Shown: one piece after another, positions 51,170 to 56,902 of the stretch
Layout of the letters: every line of letters begins with the position of its first letter
Position numbering within the stretch: position 1 is the first letter of the stretch
Assembly (NCBI RefSeq): GCF_001186125.1
Contig: NW_014040293.1
Span: 10,407 to 67,308 of the forward strand
Origin: Sphaeroforma arctica JP610
Taxonomy: Eukaryota
Direction: 5' to 3'
Length of the DNA stretch: 56,902 nt
Notes under the pieces: model-generated
Seen by the model: only the letters and a program-made list of their open reading frames with translations
Told to the model about the DNA's origin: nothing
The model's database searches: none
Position numbers and translations under genes: made by a program

Positions 51170-53165
51170 ATGGTCTCTTTCCAACCAATCACCGGCGGCA
51201 ATATTCTCCATAATGCCCGCCGAGCACCATCGATGTACTATGGTCGCCGCAACAGGCCCATCCTGCCCTTCTTCGAGAATGGGAGATGGAAAAGTCCCGA
51301 AAGGAGTTTACACGTTTGCCCTCTGAAGCAGCAAAGGTGGCCCATTTTCTGCAATTTCTAGACCAACCCATACAGATAAAGTTGATGGCAGCACTTGGCA
51401 CTGAGGCAACAGTTACTGAGGTGTAGCACTGGCACATTGCTCATAATGGAAGCGCAGCGCACCTCACGAAGCTCGAACATAACACAGAGCTCCTTGAAGA
51501 GGTACGAAAACTTAATACGTATCCTGTCAGACCTCGCTAAGCATGGGATTCTTTCAGCCCTGTACCAACTTGATGAACAACTACCCCAGTACGACGTAAT
51601 CGCAGAGGTGGAATGGTAGCCCAAGCGTTTAATGGCAAGACAGTCAACGAGTCTTTTCAACTGGAGGAAGCACCAGTCTTACCGCAAGTGGTGCTGGATT
51701 CACGGCTCACGGCGATGCGTGTACCAAATATCGTACTTCCCGACGACCGTCAGCAGATGAGTGCTGGGAAGCGTGGGACAACAACAATCGACAGGGCGGA
51801 TCCTGCTTTTAAGCGATCCCACCGATGGGATGTTGTTGCCAGCCTACGTACAGGCGATGGGAAGCTTATTCATCCGTCACGTGTGGCGACTACCAGCACA
51901 GCGCCTGCCACTGGCCCTACACCACAACCAGTGATTGGTAAAGAGCCGGCATTCCAACATTCCATGCTAAAACCAAAGCATGATGCTGGCCCACAACTTG
52001 TGGCCGATTACTGGTCCGCTTATGACACGGACTTACAACACCGTCGGATGGATGAGGCGACACCACACACGCTCTTGCCCTACCCAGATCTCAACATAAT
52101 TGATGCATGGCTACCGGAGGCCATTGAGCCCCCAAACCGTGTATCTCTGGGAGGGTCCTTTTATTGATGTCCCAGGTATTGGGTGGCAGCCAGCAGAAGA
52201 CCGTGGGCGGAGTATGTCACCGTGTTTCTCCAATCTTTAATATAGGCAGCGTAGTCAATCTAGGGTTAGGGAATACCGGGACAAAGCATCGAAGGGCAGG
52301 AGCTTGAGTAATGGCAGCGGCTACCAGTCAGAGTCCGAGCATAGGTATGGCAATGGTAGAGGTCAGTCTTTCGGCAATGGGGGGCCACGATAACCGCAAC
52401 CAAGCGAGTGGCCATTCCCGGTCGGGCTCACATGATAGGCTAGCAGTAGCAACATATACAAAATGCCACTTGCGCCATAGGGACCCCATGTGCCCTATTT
52501 GCCATACGTGTAAACATGTTGAGCACTACTCCAATAAATGTCCCAGCAAGGCGGTCGCAGCGGCAGCAACGATTACAGCAGCGGTTATATGCGGCACATC
52601 AGTTCTTGGTGTGAATATTCCACATAAGATGTGATCCGACGTGGTTGGAACCAGTAATAGCGGCAGCATATTGTGAAGATGAAGATGTCAATGTGTATGT
52701 CGACACTCAAGGGTCACGACCTGCTATGATCACCCGTGCATTTGCATAACAACTTTTCCAGCAGTCTATGTGGAAGGCTTTGGCGGCGATGGCACCACTC
52801 TCTCACTCTATGTCTTAGCAGGAAATGGTTCTGCTACCCTTTTCGAAACAGCTATGGTCGAGTTATATGTCGCGGACAACTGGATTTCCAACGACTGTGC
52901 TATCCTATTTGGGTTCGACCACATGCAAGCCAATCTCATAGGTACTACCTGGGACCGCACCCACCAACCACCATTGTTCCAACTGCAACTTCTCCGGACC
53001 AGCTACCCGGTTAGGTTCCTGGTGCCACGTTTGCCGGAGGTAATCGCCAACATCGATACACCGCGGGTTTTCGGGTCACAGGTATCCGAGAAGCCACAAG
53101 AGTATAATCTTAGGAACTTAGAGCGACTTCGTAAGATACTCAATAAGTCCCCAGAGGAACTGTAA
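51170..53165 (+). pseudogene. Degenerate LTR-retrotransposon gag-protease
   Basis: CHTCKHVEHYSNKC zinc knuckle (~52500), YVDTQGS protease-like active site (~52700) and ILFGFD motif; frameshifted. Confidence 0.65.
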
Positions 53166-54508
53166 CTCCATTGTAGCCAGTATAATGAAGCAGTGCGAAG
53201 TATATTAATGATGTAAAGTTTTTTTTCTCTCCAATATTTCCAAAATGTTCTAAATTTACTTTGATGGCTCCAATAGCCTGAGTATTTGGTCTGACTCATT
53301 TACTTGAACCTATTTGAAACTAAATTTTATAATCTCTGAACTACTACTTATAGGTTTTGGTCTTCCCGCCAATCTCCAAAATCCAATAAGTCTTTTTCCT
53401 TTTTTTAACTTTTCTTCTTATGGAACTTTATTTATTTTAGCTAATGTATTAACTTGACTTATGTTCTTATGTCTATCTACAAAATAGACATGTGGTCATG
53501 AACACTTAGTACTTCTAGTGAAAATTCTTCAATAAAGAACAGCTAGAGGTACGTCCTGTGTGATCGAGGATATTAAGGCTCTTACCAAGAGGCAGTCCCG
53601 ATCATTCTTATGTAATTTTCGGTCTATCAAGGCGATATTAACGCCTTAGAGTAGTTAAACGCTTAGGTTAAGTCTAAGTATAGTTAAATTCGAAATAAAT
53701 AACTGAAATGAGTCTTTTAGTAAAGTTAGATATGCCTCGTGAAAACAGCAATATTCTGAGGGATTGTGAGGCTGAGACATTGCCTATATATAATCATCTC
53801 AGTACTGTTTTCGCCGAAGGGGTTTTATTTAGGTTTTTGTTGTCGCTATATTAGAAACTATGGTATGTTTCGTTGGGGCGAATCCAAGAGACTCATAAAA
53901 TCCTATCTTTAGAAAAAAGAAAAGAACAAAAAGAAAAATATTCTTGATGTCCATAGTTATTGCATTAACCAATAGCTTGCCACTTATCAAGAATTATCGA
54001 CTTAGCCTTCATCAGACTGGCACATCTGGTTGGCTGAACGGAGGTTAAACTAGGTAACGCTAATAGTCCTTAGAAACCTATGTTCGGTTGAGCCATTTCG
54101 CTACCGAAGTATTCAGATATAAATAGATTTGTAAAGTAAATGTAGTTATATTAATAGAACTGGACCATATCTTATGTTTGGTGTTTTACTGGGGCCTTTT
54201 AATGGTCTTGTCCAAATATCTGATATGTAAAATGGAAAAGGTATTAATTAATAAAACAGTTAAAACCCATTTAGGAAACATAAGTTCCTCGTACTATTAA
54301 GAGCACGTTTATAGTTTACGTACTGCTTAAGAGTACGTTTATAACATAGAGTCTAATGTGGAGGCTCGGCTATTACACAGCCCCCACCCAGCTTTGAAAT
54401 CCAAGAGAGACTAGTTGCTCACTGAAGCCGATTTTGGATTTACAAAGCGAGAAGGAAAAACGGGTCGAAAACATTAAGTAGCATAACGTATAGTTAATGT
54501 TTCTCATG

Positions 54509-54694
54509 NNNNNNNNNNNNNNNNNNNNNNNNNNNNNNNNNNNNNNNNNNNNNNNNNNNNNNNNNNNNNNNNNNNNNNNNNNNNNNNNNNNNNNNNNNNN
54601 NNNNNNNNNNNNNNNNNNNNNNNNNNNNNNNNNNNNNNNNNNNNNNNNNNNNNNNNNNNNNNNNNNNNNNNNNNNNNNNNNNNNNNNNNNNNNN
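54509..54694. other. Assembly gap (N run)
   Basis: Run of n characters. Confidence 1.
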
Positions 54695-55870
54695 ATGAAG
54701 GGTGAGCATTAAAGCTAGGGATAAATACTGTAGGCGGGTAAGTTTTAACTTCCGTGCCTTTAGACGAAGGAAACATGCCATCTTTTTCAGCTTGTGACTT
54801 ATGCAGGCGTTTACGCCATTTTCGATTAAAGGCTTTTAAATAGTGTTGATTATCGAAAGCATCTGAAGTCAGCTCAGCGATTGTACCGTCTATAAAGCGT
54901 GTACGATAGTATGTATAGCCTCCTTTATCCGTTCTCCATATAATGTCTTTAAATTCAGAACGATTAAGAGGGGTATTAGAGTCATGTCTTCTTGCGAGAA
55001 TAATCTCAGTAGTCAGAATCCGACTAGTGTCTATATTAAAAGCACTGGAACCGTCGGGGTTATTAACCTCATAAGTTTCACTTTTAACGTCAGCTACAGA
55101 GATTATATATTGTCCTATCCATTGAGATGTTAATACAGTAGCATCGGAATTACGTTGACGGATGTTAACTCTGTCTCCAACCTGATACTCTGCTATCTTT
55201 TTGGTAGCATTCCATCTATTTTGCCTTTTTAATAAGGCAATATTGCGTGTTTCTCGCAAGCAAGGATATACAACGTTATAAATACGATGTACCTTCTCTA
55301 ACCATGGTAACTCATGGTGATTAGGTTCGTCCTTATTAAAAGGTATTTATAACTCCCTATATCTGCCACGAAAATAGTAAGCGGGTGTTGTACCTGTAAC
55401 CAGATCAGCACACTCGTTCATCTGTGTTTGTACCCACTTAAGGTGGTACGGCCAATCATCTGCATCATCCGTTAATGCAGTACGTAAGAAGAACTTAAGT
55501 CTTCTATGGCGCGGTTTATATGGTACACCTCTTTTATGGCACATGCCTGATACAAATACTAAAGATTCCATTACGTCATCGCAGAACTCGCTACCGTGAT
55601 TAGGTTCGTCCTTGTTAAAAGGTATTTGTATCTCACTATATCTGCCACGAAAACAGTGAGCGGGTGTTGTACCTGTAACCGGATCAGCACACTCGTTCAT
55701 CTGTGTTTGTCTCACTTAAGGTGGTACGGCCAATCATCTGCATCATCCTTCAATGCAGTACGTAAGAAGAACTTAAGTCTTCTATGGCGCGGTTTATATT
55801 GTACACCCCTTTTATGGCACATGCCTGACACGAATACTAAAGATTCCATTACGTCATCGCAGAACTCGCC
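54695..55870 (-). pseudogene. Ty3/gypsy integrase C-terminal fragment, including a 279-bp tandem duplication (55317-55595 / 55596-55870)
   Basis: SEF...GVPYKP...FLRTALTDDADDWPYHLKWVQTQMN...TGTTPA; YQVGDRV...QWIGQYII (GPY/F-like). Confidence 0.7.
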
Positions 55871-55909
55871 ACAGTCAAGGCATTAATACCGGACTTTGCG
55901 AACAAAATC

Positions 55910-56788
55910 ATGGATCTGATTCTAGTTAATAAGAAGATAAAAATCACAGATTGGGTAAAATTCCGTTTTAACGACGGATATGTCAGCCTTGACTTAACCA
56001 CGGTAGACTTTATTAAGCTCAAATGCCCTTCAAGAAACTATGTTTCTTGGAGACACGAAGCTGTAGTTAAAGATCAAGTTGAGAAATGGTTATCCGATGG
56101 GGTAATCGAAATCAATTACCAACAAACGCCAGTTAACTTAGCATTATTGGCAGTTGATCAACACAATTCTGACGGAACATTTAAGAAAGTCAGAGTATGT
56201 CTAGATATGAGTCCAATAAATAAGTTATTGCCGACTCATAGTTTCCATCTCCCTCGTATAAACGAGTTACTGAGACGAATGGAAGGCGCTACGGTGTTTA
56301 CATCCATAGACCTAACACAGGGGTATCATCAACTGCAAATTTATGAACCCCATCGTAAGTACTTTAGTTTTACCTGGAAAGGTAAACAATACAGGTTCAG
56401 AGGTGCACCTTTCGGGTTGCACTCCTTACCATCATTCTTCCAACAAGTAATGGAGGAAATGCTTGCAGACATGCCTAACGTGCAAGTCTATATAGATGAC
56501 ATAGTCATCTTTTCTAAGACTAAAAGCGAACATGCCGCATTAGTCAGGCGAGTCCTCCAGAGACTCAACGAACAAAACTTCAAGATTAACGAGAAGAAAT
56601 GTCACTTCGCCATGAGCGAAATACAACTCTTAGGCTACCGTATATCTGGGGAAGGTATTAAAATCAACCCCTGTAAGGTGGAACACCTGTTAGATTGGCG
56701 AACACAAACAACAGGAAGAGATGTGAACAGCATGTGTGGGTTTGTAAACTTTTTCTTAGACGGAGTACCACACTTGGCTGATTATTAA
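55910..56788 (+). CDS. Ty3/gypsy reverse transcriptase (292-aa open fragment, frameshifted at 3' end)
   Basis: RVCLDMSPIN, LPRINELL, FTSIDLTQGYHQ, FTWKGKQYRFRGAPFGL, VYIDDIVIFS, KCHF...LLGY. Confidence 0.9.
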   Translation: MDLILVNKKIKITDWVKFRFNDGYVSLDLTTVDFIKLKCPSRNYVSWRHEAVVKDQVEKWLSDGVIEINYQQTPVNLALLAVDQHNSDGTFKKVRVCLDMSPINKLLPTHSFHLPRINELLRRMEGATVFTSIDLTQGYHQLQIYEPHRKYFSFTWKGKQYRFRGAPFGLHSLPSFFQQVMEEMLADMPNVQVYIDDIVIFSKTKSEHAALVRRVLQRLNEQNFKINEKKCHFAMSEIQLLGYRISGEGIKINPCKVEHLLDWRTQTTGRDVNSMCGFVNFFLDGVPHLADY

Positions 56789-56902
56789 ACCCTTTGGACA
56801 CTTAAGATGTCATAAAGGCAAACTAGGAGACTTGTGGACTAAAGCACGCAGTCCAACAAGCCCCTGTTGTACAAGGTAGCTGTTCTTTATTGAATAATTT
56901 TC

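Overview
Eukaryotic genomic DNA: GT-AG introns, long (TA)n/(TG)n microsatellites and two N gaps. An SH2-domain gene suggests a unicellular holozoan-like or amoebozoan-like protist; this taxonomy is inference only. The left ~26 kb is gene-bearing: a 5'-partial TIP41-like (TIPRL) gene, a nucleotide-diphospho-sugar glycosyltransferase, a mitochondrial-type serine hydroxymethyltransferase with a GC-AG intron, a 2OG-Fe(II) oxygenase and a Q-rich SH2 adaptor-like gene, plus a 1 kb pogo/Tc1-mariner-type element. The right ~30 kb is a graveyard of nested, degenerate retroelements (LINE, Ty1/copia with LTRs and TSDs, several Ty3/gypsy fragments, possibly a piggyBac relic). The main discovery is two tandem, circularly PERMUTED tRNA-Leu(UAG) genes on the minus strand (7839-7930 and 7096-7180). 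In each, the 3' half precedes the 5' half, the split is at 37/38, leader and trailer pair into a bulge-helix-bulge-like motif, and a Pol III T-tract follows. Neither copy encodes the G1 needed to pair with C72. A second notable item is a Ty3/gypsy element carrying a DIRS-type DNA N6-adenine methyltransferase-like domain between RNase H and a DDE integrase.
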